Notes under the pieces: model-generated
The model's input: the letters and a program-made list of their open reading frames with translations, nothing else
Told to the model about the DNA's origin: nothing
The model's database searches: none
Assembly: GCA_963765765.1 (NCBI GenBank)
Contig: CAVXYC010000001.1
Span: 320,001 to 384,000 of the forward strand
Reading direction: 5' to 3'
Length of the DNA stretch: 64,000 bases
DNA from: an uncultured Chloroflexia bacterium
GTDB lineage: Bacteria > Chloroflexota > UBA6077 > JACCZL01
Part shown: positions 1-9,626 of the stretch, in pieces
Layout of the letters: each line of letters opens with the position of its first letter
Numbering within the stretch: position 1 is the stretch's first letter
Program-made: the position numbers and the translations under genes

Positions 1-473
1 GCGTGGGTTTGGCTTCAAAATCACCTGCAACCCTCAACGTCAAACGGAAAACGGTCGTTTTCAGGAGGCTCCGATCAGCCCGTGGGCGGCCGATAAAATC
101 CGTTTAGGGGCCGGATGTGCCAATCTTGCCTCCTCTCCGCATAGCCCGGTGGTTGCTCTCAGGGTGCGGCAGAGCGTTCGCCGCGCCAGTCCTCCCGGCG
201 TCGGACGGCTAACCCGATCGTGGAAACACGACGACGCTCCCGATGGCACCGACCGAGGCTGCTGGCACAGTCCTTTCCGGCGCGCACGCGCTATCGTCAC
301 CGCATCGAGGGCGGCGATCAAAAAGCGGTTCCCCGGGTGCCAACGGCCAGAGCCGCTTTACTCAATCTCATTCGAATCCCATAACCCAGGAGTGGCGACA
401 ATTGTTCGGGTCCGAACGGTCGCAGGGCTGGTGTGCATGAGATCCGTAACCGACGAGGAGCGACAAAAGTTTG

Positions 474-677
474 ATGAATGACTCCGTGTGGACAGAACCC
501 GCGAGTGAGATCGATCCCGATGGGCGGATTCGAGCAGCGGTTCGCCGGCACCAGCTGACACCGGAGCAGGTGCCCGATTTCATCCACGCTTGCGCGGACC
601 TGGACGACATCTCCTGCTCGCCTGAACAGCTCAGGGCCTACGTCATGACGCTCGTCGACCACCCGCCGTTGGACTGA
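474..677 (+). CDS. small hypothetical protein
   Basis: ~67 aa ORF with GC3-rich codons; GAGGAG lies upstream; no recognised motif. Confidence 0.4.
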   Translation: MNDSVWTEPASEIDPDGRIRAAVRRHQLTPEQVPDFIHACADLDDISCSPEQLRAYVMTLVDHPPLD

Positions 678-792
678 TCGCTCTCGATATGGAACAGCAG
701 ACCCGGTTGCCAGCCCACGTCAGAGTGTGATCTCGACCACGTGACCTGGTCTCACCACGAACTCGGGTTGAGCGCCGGCTAGCACCTAGAAC

Positions 793-887
793 TCAGCGCG
801 AACCGCCCAGACCGGGCGTCAGCACACAGGCCACAACCGTCCGCTCATGCACACCGAGTCCCGCACAGCGCGGTGCACGACCTCCAT
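793..887 (-). pseudogene. IS110-family transposase N-terminal remnant
   Basis: After RBS GAGGAGG, restoring one base gives MEVVH(P)RCAGLGVHERTVVACVLTP, matching the IS110 start MEVVHxRCAGLDVHKxTVVAC; stops after about 30 codons. Confidence 0.75.
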
Positions 888-1140
888 ACCCATGCCTCCT
901 CAGGATCTGAGGGACCACGGGGCCGCCCAGGGCGACGTTCACGATTCTCTCGTGCGGGCTCGAAGCGCCAGGTACTGATGCCGATTGCCGGGCGGGGCCA
1001 ATCTCGGGAGCGGGATCGTGGCACCAGGCACGAACGGCCTGCCTGTCCCGGGTCCTCCACCGCTATCCTAGCGCCAGCGCACCGGCCTGTTGCCGCGCAT
1101 TTTCATCGGTGTTGGCGCGCCCCGGGCGCATGGGCATCTC
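888..1140 (-). mobile_element. IS110 non-coding end, putative bridge/seek RNA region
   Basis: Directly upstream of the IS110 remnant; two copies of CCTGG(T/C)GC-N2-CGA(T/G)CCCGC at 954-972 and 1010-1028; distal CATG...GATGAAAA segment. Confidence 0.6.
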
Positions 1141-1325
1141 GGCATGACAAGCGGCCGGCAGGGCGAAACGAGCCCAGCGAAAGTGTGTTCACGAGAGGTA
1201 CGAAGGATCTGCACGGACATCGCCGACAGCGATCATGCTGTGGGGTCGCTGGCTTCTGAGGTAGCACGAACACGTCTCCGCTGCCGTAAACGCTGTGACG
1301 CGAATGGAGCGACGCGCCTGGCTTA

Positions 1326-1568
1326 GTGCCGACGTCGCGGTACGACAATGCGGCCATGGACTGGCGAGATGAGCGTCTCCAGGAGCTCCTCCGCGCGGGC
1401 AAGCGCTATGACGAGGCCGAGCGGATCATCCGCGAGGAAGCTCTGGAGCTGAAGAAGCAGAGACGGCGCGAGCAACGTGGTAAACGCGCAGCAGCGGACC
1501 CGAGGGCGCGAATGCCTGCCGCAGACACAGTAGAAGAGCGAAGCGCTCCGGGCGAGGAGGATCGGTAA
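1326..1568 (+). CDS. small charged hypothetical protein
   Basis: 80 aa ORF with helical, charged composition. Confidence 0.4.
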   Translation: MPTSRYDNAAMDWRDERLQELLRAGKRYDEAERIIREEALELKKQRRREQRGKRAAADPRARMPAADTVEERSAPGEEDR

Positions 1569-1670
1569 TCCGGTCGGTCAGGGCACCGTCGTTCTTCTTC
1601 CGACCGGCGTCCTAGCCGCGCCGAGATGTACGCGGCTAACGTGCTTTCGACGACCGAGCGGCTTCGAGCC

Positions 1671-2097
1671 TCAGGAGACGCTGGATGCGGTCGGAGTACC
1701 CGGTGGCTTCACCAATGAGGCGACGATGCACAGCAGATCGTCCAGGTCGAACGGTTTGCACAGGAATGGTCCGGCGGCGAATGCACCGAATTCGCGCGTG
1801 AGCTGCTCAACGAGGGTCAGGCCGGCGGACATGGGCACGATGGGGATGCCGGGCCACAATCCGCGTTCCCGAAGATCGTGCAGGAGCTCGACCCCATTGC
1901 GGACCGGCATGCGGAGGTCCAAGAGCACGAGTGCCCGGTGGTGTGGCTTCGATCCGCCTCAGCGCCTCGACACCGTTGTCGGCTGTGTCGGTGGCGTAGC
2001 CCTCACTCTCCAGCACGTCGACTAACACCGATCGGATCGCAGCGTCATCGTCGACGACGAGGATCAGTGCGCCTCGGACGTCATCATCGAGGGCCAT
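1671..2097 (-). CDS. single-domain response regulator (frameshifted)
   Basis: ILVVDDD in ORF 1807..2097 continues as LLDLRMP...KPFDLDDL in ORF 1671..1928. Confidence 0.85.
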
Positions 2098-2388
2098 AGG
2101 TCGGCTTCACTCCACTCCAAAAGGTGCCAGGGGCGGCTGCGAAGGTATCCGGAAGGCGCGAGCTTTGTCAACCGATTAGGCGGATGCGATATCTGGTTAG
2201 ACCCGGCTCCGTTCGTCAACGAGGGCCGCTTTGCCATCTGAGTACATCACAGACATGTCATTCGGATGACGCGATCGTGCCAATGGGTATGACCAGATGG
2301 GTGGCCCTTGCTCCACCGATAAAGCGACTACTGGAACATCGAGCATGTGTAGACCAGCCGGCACGTCGTCTGCGAAAGCGATCCCGCC

Positions 2389-3363
2389 GTGCCGAGAATT
2401 GCTCAGACATTCGTTCGTGAACCAGAGTCGCTGACGCCCGAACAATACCAACGGCGGGTTACTCAGCTGGCCTGGGCGTACGTCGCCCTCTTTCTTTTCT
2501 CCCTTATTGGAGCGATATTGCTTGTCTGGCACGGCCAGCTCTTTGTCGGGCTCGCGCAGCGCTCTAATGTGGAGACACTGACGCTGGCTTTCTTTCTGGT
2601 GTTCTTTGCCTATATCGCGGTCATCAGCGCGCCGGGAGCCTGGGGCGCGCTGAGGGTGCTTCGATTCGATCTCGAACGCCATTGGGCAGGCGATCCCCTA
2701 TCGGTGGAGCAAAAGATGGCCGCGCGCCTCGGGCCGCCTCGCGCCGAAGCCCCGATCGCCGCGTTGAATCGTCTACTGGAACGAGACGGGATGGACGGCC
2801 AAGCATTCGATCTCGCGATCACGGACACCGCCGGCAGCCAGGGAAGCATCCGCGTCGATGGGGCGCAGATGACGCACTTTTCGAAATTCGGAGAGGGATC
2901 CAATTCCCTGCTCGCGTTCGTTGTGCATCAGGTCAATTCACTCATCACGCAGCGCGGCGAGCAGAGCCGGCTCGACGTGGTGGAGTGGCAAACCATTGAC
3001 GACGAAAGCGCCCAGAAGTACCTGAGCTCCGTGCACTTCGCCCGGAACCTCGAGCGCACGCTTAACGCCGGTGAGCTGTGGCCCAAAACCGTCTTAACTG
3101 GTGACGAGTGCTGGAGCTGGAGCGACGTCTCACGGCGGTCTGCCCTGCACTCCGATCGGAGGGTTTCCTGCCGGATTGGGAATTCAGCGGCGAGCACAAG
3201 CTGCCTATCATCCCCGAGCCGCTTGGCCTGGTATCCCTTCGGGCGTTCGGAGCGGCGCGTGGACCCACTGGCATCCATGGGATGCGCAGTCATCGTGGTT
3301 GTTGGCATTGTGATCATTCTCGGGCTCTTCATCCTGTTCCCACCATGGGTCCCGGGCGTGTGA
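2389..3363 (+). CDS. hypothetical membrane protein (probable compensating frameshifts ~3110-3240)
   Basis: Two N-terminal and one C-terminal hydrophobic helices; the alternative frame 3108.. reads more protein-like (LELERRL...LPIIPEPLG). Confidence 0.7.
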   Translation: MPRIAQTFVREPESLTPEQYQRRVTQLAWAYVALFLFSLIGAILLVWHGQLFVGLAQRSNVETLTLAFFLVFFAYIAVISAPGAWGALRVLRFDLERHWAGDPLSVEQKMAARLGPPRAEAPIAALNRLLERDGMDGQAFDLAITDTAGSQGSIRVDGAQMTHFSKFGEGSNSLLAFVVHQVNSLITQRGEQSRLDVVEWQTIDDESAQKYLSSVHFARNLERTLNAGELWPKTVLTGDECWSWSDVSRRSALHSDRRVSCRIGNSAASTSCLSSPSRLAWYPFGRSERRVDPLASMGCAVIVVVGIVIILGLFILFPPWVPGV

Positions 3364-3376
3364 GCGGAGTCGATCG

Positions 3377-3721
3377 TTGACAGTCCGGGGCATGATCCTG
3401 ATCGCTCTATTGGCGCTGATGAGCGTGGGCTGGTTGCTTCAGTGCACGGGTCCAAAGCCCGAGGTCCAGGCAGTGACCGTCCGCGAACCGGCCCAGCCGG
3501 GTCTCCCCTATCAAGTTGACGTTCAGGTGCGGAACACCTGGCGAGGGCACGGAGAGATGCAAGTTCAGGTTGAGCTGAATGACCAGGCGACTGATCGCCG
3601 CTATCAGGGACAGCAGAACGCCACGCTTGATGCGATGGAGTCGATTAATGTGGTTGTGCCCATCCACGCCCAGCCCGGCAACTACGAGCCGCGAGTGGAA
3701 GTGGTGTATCCGCCGCGATGA
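3377..3721 (+). CDS. secreted/anchored beta-sandwich hypothetical protein
   Basis: N-terminal hydrophobic segment, alternating beta pattern (YQVDVQVRN); follows the previous gene closely. Confidence 0.7.
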   Translation: MTVRGMILIALLALMSVGWLLQCTGPKPEVQAVTVREPAQPGLPYQVDVQVRNTWRGHGEMQVQVELNDQATDRRYQGQQNATLDAMESINVVVPIHAQPGNYEPRVEVVYPPR

Positions 3722-3942
3722 CCAGCAATCGCCGGGCCCCGTTGCTATGAGGACACAAGCCACCGTCAGCGCTCGCGATTGACTTTTGACCCTGTCATGC
3801 CGAGGGCGAAGCCGGCGGGCCACTTCGATTACAGCGCGCTCCGACGTCCGGGAATGCCTCGACCGTCTCGTCAACACCCCTTCGCCGGCTGTCCTCTCAA
3901 CCGTAGCATCTGGTCATCCTGAGCCGCGACGGTCATCCGCCA

Positions 3943-4192
3943 TCACCGCTGTCCGGGGATCGTTTCTTGGCCCGTGCCTCGGCGTAGTGTTTTGAGGAAT
4001 GAGACCAGGTCACTCAGCTCCTCGCTCGGCATCGTACCGGCGTAAGCAGGCATGCTCCCCCGTCCACGGAGAATCGTCTGAACCAGCGTGGCATCGTCAT
4101 ACCGGCCGCCCACGTTGGTTAGATCGGGGCCCGATTGGCCGCCAATATCGCCGACCGCGTGCCAGCTTCGGCAGCCAGTTGTCCTCGGCATG
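3943..4192 (-). pseudogene. cytochrome c domain remnant
   Basis: GCRSWH (degenerate CxxCH), GPDLTNVG, GRGSMPAY axial Met, ELSDLVSFL; no clear signal peptide or start. Confidence 0.65.
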
Positions 4193-4300
4193 ACCCCATT
4201 AGAGAGAGGCCGGGCAAAGGGAACGCCCGCGCACCCTCGTACGTGTCCTCTGCCGCTGGCACGCACGCTGCAATGGGAGCGTCACCCCGAGGACACGACC

Positions 4301-4549
4301 ATGTTGAACTTAATTGAACCACCCGCTCCCGAATCGCCCGAATACACTGAAACGAGCATTACCGATCGGCTACGAGAATTGGACACGGAGCTGGCGGAGA
4401 TTGACCGCCGTCTCGCCGATCTGCCTCTGACCGATTGGCTCGATCCGCGATCACTGGCCGCCGCGGACCGCCATGAGCTCCGATACCGACGGACGCGGCT
4501 GGAAGCTGAGCGGGCGGACCTGCTCCGCCTGATGTATCGGCCCGTGTAG
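4301..4549 (+). CDS. small coiled-coil hypothetical protein
   Basis: RBS GAGGA before ATG; stop overlaps the next start (TAGTG). Confidence 0.65.
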   Translation: MLNLIEPPAPESPEYTETSITDRLRELDTELAEIDRRLADLPLTDWLDPRSLAAADRHELRYRRTRLEAERADLLRLMYRPV

Positions 4550-5757
4550 TGATCGGTGATCGGTCAGTTGAGACCGTTGTAGTAGGAGCCGGACCGGCGG
4601 GAAGCGCTACCGCCACACTCCTCGCGCAGGCGGGCCACGAGGTAGTGCTTCTCGATAGTGCGAAGTTTCCGCGCCACAAGCCGTGCTCCGAGTTTGTAAG
4701 CCCCGGTACGGAGCGACTTCTCACCCGGTTCGGTGCAGCGGATCTGATTGCGCACGGAGGAGGTCGCCCCCTGAAGGGCATGGTCGTCCAGGCTCCCAAT
4801 GGTGATCGTTTTCAGATGGAGTATTCGTCGAGCGGCTCACGCCGAGTGGCGTTCGCCATCCCGCGGTTGCGTCTCGACGCGACCTTAGTAGACACAGCAC
4901 GATGCAATGGGGTGGAAATTCGGGAGCATCTTCGCGCCTGTGCTTTCCATCGATCAGCCCACGGCGTTCACACGCTCACAGTGAGAGACCGTGATGGGGA
5001 AACAGGTCAAATACACGCCAGACTTGTCATCGGCGCCGACGGTCGGCATTCGCTCGTTGCGCGCTCGTTGAACCTGCAGCAGGCTGTGAAATGGCCGAAC
5101 CGTCTTGGCCTGGTGACCCACTACGGAAACGTCCCCTGGAGTGCGAACGAGGGAATGATGAGCGTAGGGCCCAACGGATACCTCGGCGTTGCTCCGATAG
5201 CGCCGGACGTGGTTTCAATCGGACTCGTCGCCCCAATGCCTCAGGCTTCCCTTGGGTCGCCCGGAGATGCGTTTGAGTCCGCGGTTCGTGATTATCCGAC
5301 GCTAGCGCGACTGCTTGCGAGAGGCGAGCGAATGGAACCGGTGCGCGGGGTTGGCCCGCTCGCCCATCGCGTCAGCGCAGTGGCCGGACCAGGTTTTCTC
5401 CTGGTTGGGGACGCGGCGGGCTTTCTGGATCCGTTCACAGGGGAGGGCATTCACCGAGCGCTTCGCGGAGCCGAGCTAGCCGCGAAAGCTGCGCATCAGG
5501 CGCTACAACGCCCCGGACCTGTGGTGAATCCGTCACCGGTATATGAGCGCTTGCGCCAGCGTGTGTTTGGAGCAAAGGAGCGACTCACGATGCTCATTCA
5601 AATCTTCGTTCACGTGCCGACGTTGATGAATTACGTGGTCGCCCGGCTGCGTCGTCGTCCGGATCTTGCCGCGGAGCTCAGCAATGTTCTCGGCGATCTC
5701 GCACCAGCTCAACGGGTGCTCAATCCGACGTTTCTCACTTCTTTGCTGGGTCCCTGA
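4549..5757 (+). CDS. FAD-dependent oxidoreductase, geranylgeranyl reductase/halogenase-like family
   Basis: GAGPAGS, FPRHKPC, IGADG and LVGDAAGFLDPFTGEGI motifs. Confidence 0.92.
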   Translation: MIGDRSVETVVVGAGPAGSATATLLAQAGHEVVLLDSAKFPRHKPCSEFVSPGTERLLTRFGAADLIAHGGGRPLKGMVVQAPNGDRFQMEYSSSGSRRVAFAIPRLRLDATLVDTARCNGVEIREHLRACAFHRSAHGVHTLTVRDRDGETGQIHARLVIGADGRHSLVARSLNLQQAVKWPNRLGLVTHYGNVPWSANEGMMSVGPNGYLGVAPIAPDVVSIGLVAPMPQASLGSPGDAFESAVRDYPTLARLLARGERMEPVRGVGPLAHRVSAVAGPGFLLVGDAAGFLDPFTGEGIHRALRGAELAAKAAHQALQRPGPVVNPSPVYERLRQRVFGAKERLTMLIQIFVHVPTLMNYVVARLRRRPDLAAELSNVLGDLAPAQRVLNPTFLTSLLGP

Positions 5758-6303
5758 ATGGCCACGATTCGATCGAGCACAGCGCCATCTCGTGGCACCA
5801 GGGCAGAATACGAGCCGCACGGTGTGCACACCGAGATTCACATTCGCGCCCCGTCCGCGGTGGTCTTTCGGCTAGCCGCGGCAGTCGAGCATTGGCCGGT
5901 GTTGTTGCCACACTATCGTTCCGTCAAAATCGTCCGCTCCGACGGACGGCGTCGATTGGTCCGGATGGCTGCGCACCGGGACGGAATCCCGGTGCGCTGG
6001 ACATCGATTCAGGTGCTCCATCCTGACCAGGACCGTATTGAGTACCTGCATGTGGCCGGCATCACACGTGGAATGGAGGTCGCCTGGGTACTCCGGCCCA
6101 CGGATAGCGGAGTATGGGTTCGCATAAGCCATCGATTTCACCCACGCTGGCCACTCATTCCATCGGTCCTGGTGGACTGGGTGGTCCACAGGTTCTTCGT
6201 CAACGCGATCGCGACAAAGACGCTCTTACATATAAGAAGGCTTGCGGAAGCAGAAACTCCGACAGCCACCGATGTGGGATCTATTGAGTACGGCGATCGG
6301 TGA
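5758..6303 (+). CDS. SRPBCC / polyketide cyclase-aromatase family protein
   Basis: IRAPSAVVFRLAAAVEHWPVLLPHY, WTS and GMEVAW patterns. Confidence 0.88.
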   Translation: MATIRSSTAPSRGTRAEYEPHGVHTEIHIRAPSAVVFRLAAAVEHWPVLLPHYRSVKIVRSDGRRRLVRMAAHRDGIPVRWTSIQVLHPDQDRIEYLHVAGITRGMEVAWVLRPTDSGVWVRISHRFHPRWPLIPSVLVDWVVHRFFVNAIATKTLLHIRRLAEAETPTATDVGSIEYGDR

Positions 6304-6318
6304 AGCCCCCAGCCTCCA

Positions 6319-6405
6319 AGCCGCGACCGTGAGCGAGCGGTTCCCTCCGCGATTATCGCGGGCCCCAGGTTCGGAGAAAGGAATCGCTCGCTCACGGTCG
6401 CGGCT
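6319..6405. repeat. REP-like inverted repeat
   Basis: AGCCGCGACCGTGAGCGAGCG ... CGCTCGCTCACGGTCGCGGCT between convergent genes. Confidence 0.85.
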
Positions 6406-7102
6406 CGGAGGCTGGCGAATCGGGCGGCTGCTCCCAGACGCTAATGGACGGCTTCCGCGCATGGGCCAGAATGCCGAGCCCGTCCAGCACCTCGCGCGTC
6501 TCACAGCTCACGAAACCTGACCTAGCCAACGTTACGCTGAGTCCGCGCGGAGTAAAGCGGCCATGCAGGCGACTGAATAGCCGCCAGAGAGATGATGCCA
6601 GCAGGTGCCTTGGCTCTCGCTTGAAGCTGAAGAGCTGACGAATTGGCACCGGGCGACGATGAGGCTCCATGAGCATGATGTGCCCTCCCGGGCGCAGTAC
6701 TCGACGGATCTCGAACAGTGCTCGCCTGCGATCGGGCAACAGGTAGAGCAGACTGTGACCGGTAATGACGTCGACACTGCAATCCAGAAACGGTAGCCGG
6801 CCAGCATCCGCGCACATCCAAGTGATCGGCAGTGCATCCTTGCCATGCGCTGACCTGCGTTGGGCCTGGTGCAGCATGCGGGGCGCTAGATCCAGCCCTA
6901 CGACCAGTGCGTTGGGACGCGCACGAGCCAGCTCAATCGTGGATCCGCCGGGGCCGCACCCGATATCAACCACGCGGAGCGGCGCATCGGTCGGGAGCAT
7001 TTCTGCCAGCTCACGGCAGCTCGATTGCCACCTGGGCTGAGTCGTGAACCAGCGATAGAGCTCCGCTCCGAGGTTGAAGACCCATGCGACGTTGTGCCGC
7101 AT
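6392..7102 (-). CDS. class I SAM-dependent methyltransferase
   Basis: VVDIGCGPG, GLDLAPRML, ADAGRLPF, RRVLRPGG. Confidence 0.92.
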   Translation of the reverse strand: MRHNVAWVFNLGAELYRWFTTQPRWQSSCRELAEMLPTDAPLRVVDIGCGPGGSTIELARARPNALVVGLDLAPRMLHQAQRRSAHGKDALPITWMCADAGRLPFLDCSVDVITGHSLLYLLPDRRRALFEIRRVLRPGGHIMLMEPHRRPVPIRQLFSFKREPRHLLASSLWRLFSRLHGRFTPRGLSVTLARSGFVSCETREVLDGLGILAHARKPSISVWEQPPDSPASEPRP

Positions 7103-7265
7103 ACCGTCAACCCTTTGCCGGGTAAGGCTTCAGAATGTGGGGCATGTGTGCGGTCCTGCGCGCTGCAGTTCAGGCAATGGCTAACTGGCGGTCTGTCACA
7201 CGACTATGGCTCACCTGAAATTGTGCTCGCAATTCGCAGGGCATGATTGATGCCTATTCGGCTGC

Positions 7266-8495
7266 ATGAATGCCCGGCGCGTGGCCATTACCGGTATCGG
7301 GGTCGTCTCCCCCATTGGCAATAGCGCGACCGAACTGTGGAGCGGCGCCTTAGCCGGCCGATCGGCCGTTCGACACATCACCCGCTTTGATCCGAGTCCG
7401 TTCCGATCTCGGATCGCGGCGGAGATCGATGAGTTACCCTTCGTGTGCGGCGCATCTACGAAGCGCGCACGGCGACTCGATCGTTTCTCCAAGCTTGCCG
7501 TCGCGGCCGGCCTCCAAGCATGGAATGACGCCGGCATCGGGCCATGCTCCGCGGATCTGCGGGACCGCATCGGCGTGTCGCTGGGAAGCGCTCTGGGAGG
7601 CGTGGCTTCCGCGGAGGACGAGCACACTGACTTCGTCCATCAGGGCGTACGAAGCGTCAGCCCCAGTCTGGCGCTCTCGGTCTTCGGGGCGGCCGGGTCC
7701 ACCAATCTGGCGATGGAGCTGGGGCTCCATGGGCCGAATACCAGCAATTCAAACTCGTGCGCCTCAGGTGCAGTGGCAATCGGTGATGCACTGGCACATA
7801 TCCGCTCTGGGCGGGCCGATATCATGCTCGCGGGCGGGGCGGAGGCTCCTCTTGCTCCGCTCACCTTCGGGGCGTTCTCCGTAATCCGGGCCCTTTCCGA
7901 GCGGAATGAGGACCCAGAACACGCAAGTCGGCCGTTTGATCGAGACCGGGACGGTTTTGTGATGGCGGAGGGAGCAGCCGTTCTCGTGCTAGAGGAATGG
8001 GATCGCGCCGCTCATCGGGGAGCCCACGTATACGCGGAGCTGGTGGGCTACGCCACAACGAACGACGCCTACCATATGACGGTGCCCAGGCCAGACGGCG
8101 CGCAGGCGCGGCAATGTATGGAGCGTGCTCTTGTTGACGCGCACCTGACCGTGCAGGATGTCTCTCTCGTTTCGGCGCATGCGAGCTCCACTATGCTCGG
8201 CGATCGAGCGGAAGCGTGCGCCCTGGAACAGCTCTTCGGCGATTGCCGCCCTGTTGTATTCGCCACGAAGGGCGCCCACGGGCACGCGCTGGGCGCCACG
8301 CCAGCCATTGAAACAGCCATCCTTGCATTGGCACTACAGCATCAATGCGCTCCCCGGACCGTCAATCTCGCCCATCGGGACGGCGACTGTCATCTCTCGC
8401 TCACCGATTCCGCAACCCGCGTTTCCGCCCGATATGCGCTCAAGAACGCATTCGGGTTTGGCGGGATCAACGCCTGCCTGGTACTGGCAGCCTAG
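7266..8495 (+). CDS. fabF: beta-ketoacyl-ACP synthase II-like ketosynthase
   Basis: RRVAITGIG, NSCASG (Cys), SRPFDRDRDGFV, SAHASST and GHALGA (His), NAFGFGG. Confidence 0.9.
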   Translation: MNARRVAITGIGVVSPIGNSATELWSGALAGRSAVRHITRFDPSPFRSRIAAEIDELPFVCGASTKRARRLDRFSKLAVAAGLQAWNDAGIGPCSADLRDRIGVSLGSALGGVASAEDEHTDFVHQGVRSVSPSLALSVFGAAGSTNLAMELGLHGPNTSNSNSCASGAVAIGDALAHIRSGRADIMLAGGAEAPLAPLTFGAFSVIRALSERNEDPEHASRPFDRDRDGFVMAEGAAVLVLEEWDRAAHRGAHVYAELVGYATTNDAYHMTVPRPDGAQARQCMERALVDAHLTVQDVSLVSAHASSTMLGDRAEACALEQLFGDCRPVVFATKGAHGHALGATPAIETAILALALQHQCAPRTVNLAHRDGDCHLSLTDSATRVSARYALKNAFGFGGINACLVLAA

Positions 8496-8949
8496 AACAG
8501 GGGCCCATGAGCCTGGCCCATGTGGAGGCTCCATGGCCCACTCGGGCCCCGCTCACGTGCGGGATTATCAATTGCAGAAAGGCACGGTGCGTGCGGGCGT
8601 CCATCCCGCAACCGTACGAAAGGCTCTGACCTAGGAAAGCGAGGGGCTCTGGGCCGCGTGCCCGCGGGAAGAGAATCGATCATATCTAACGCGCCTTCGG
8701 TGCTTGTTGTCGATGACACAGCAGATATTAGGAGCCGACGCCCGCGGCGGGTGTGCTTGGGCGCAGGTCCTGATAGTTCCCGTAACGCCCTATTGACTCG
8801 GTTGGAAGCACCAGCGATGGCTGTGCCGGACGTATAGCGTCGCGAACGCAGTGAGTCTCCGAAGTCCATCCTGTCCGCATCGACCGCGGCTACTTCCATC
8901 TCTACACCGAGTAGACTCTCGGGACATTAGGCAATCCGGAGGCAAGCGT

Positions 8950-9502
8950 GTGAAGCTGGTCCAAATGCCAACCGACCTGCTGCACCTTGATGAAGCTGAG
9001 CTTTCGGCCGTGGGCGTTGCCCCGAGGCTATTGGAGGCGTTCCGCTTGTACCTGCCGCGTGCCCTGGATGATCGACGCGGCGCGGCGATGTTGGCACCGC
9101 CCTCAGCCCGAACCCGCGAGCTCCTAATGGTCCTTGCGCGACGCGTTGGCGCAACGCTCAGGGACGAGAACATCCGGTTACGCGAGCGGGGTGGCGACCT
9201 GCGGAGTGGACGCAAGAAGCTCTGCTACCTGCCGGGCCGGGCGGTGCCCAACGCGCTGCACGATCCGATCGCGCACCGAGCGCTGACGCATGAGGCGGCC
9301 TGCTTCATCCAGGATTTAGAAACGGCCTGGCCGGAGGATCAAATCGGCCGAAAGCCATTCGCGCCGACTGCTGTACTTGCCTTAATCGACGAGCGATGCG
9401 CCGCCGGGCGGCCTACGTTCATAACTGCCGACCCGGCACGGCTACCGAGTCGAGCTCGAGCGCGACTTACGTACCCGCTTGTGGATCCTGGAGATGTGCT
9501 GA
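8950..9502 (+). CDS. degenerate DnaC/IstB-like AAA+ fold protein (frameshift ~9450)
   Basis: RBS GGAGG + GTG; DnaC/IstB-like order of elements ending LALIDERCAAGRPTFIT, alternative-frame tail ELERDLRTRL; Walker motifs not canonical. Confidence 0.55.
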
Positions 9503-9626
9503 CTCCACGGCTCCTGGCGGCGATCATGGAGGAGCCATTTGGATCTTTCGGATGGCCCCTCATCGCAGTTGGCAGATCGACCGCAGGCGGCTGCTGATCC
9601 TCCGGGCGTGCCTGCGGTCGAAGTAT

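Noticed and set aside
360-390. TTCGAATCCC resembling a tRNA T-loop (similar TTCGATCCC near 62945)
   Set aside because: No cloverleaf, acceptor stem or D-arm could be built.
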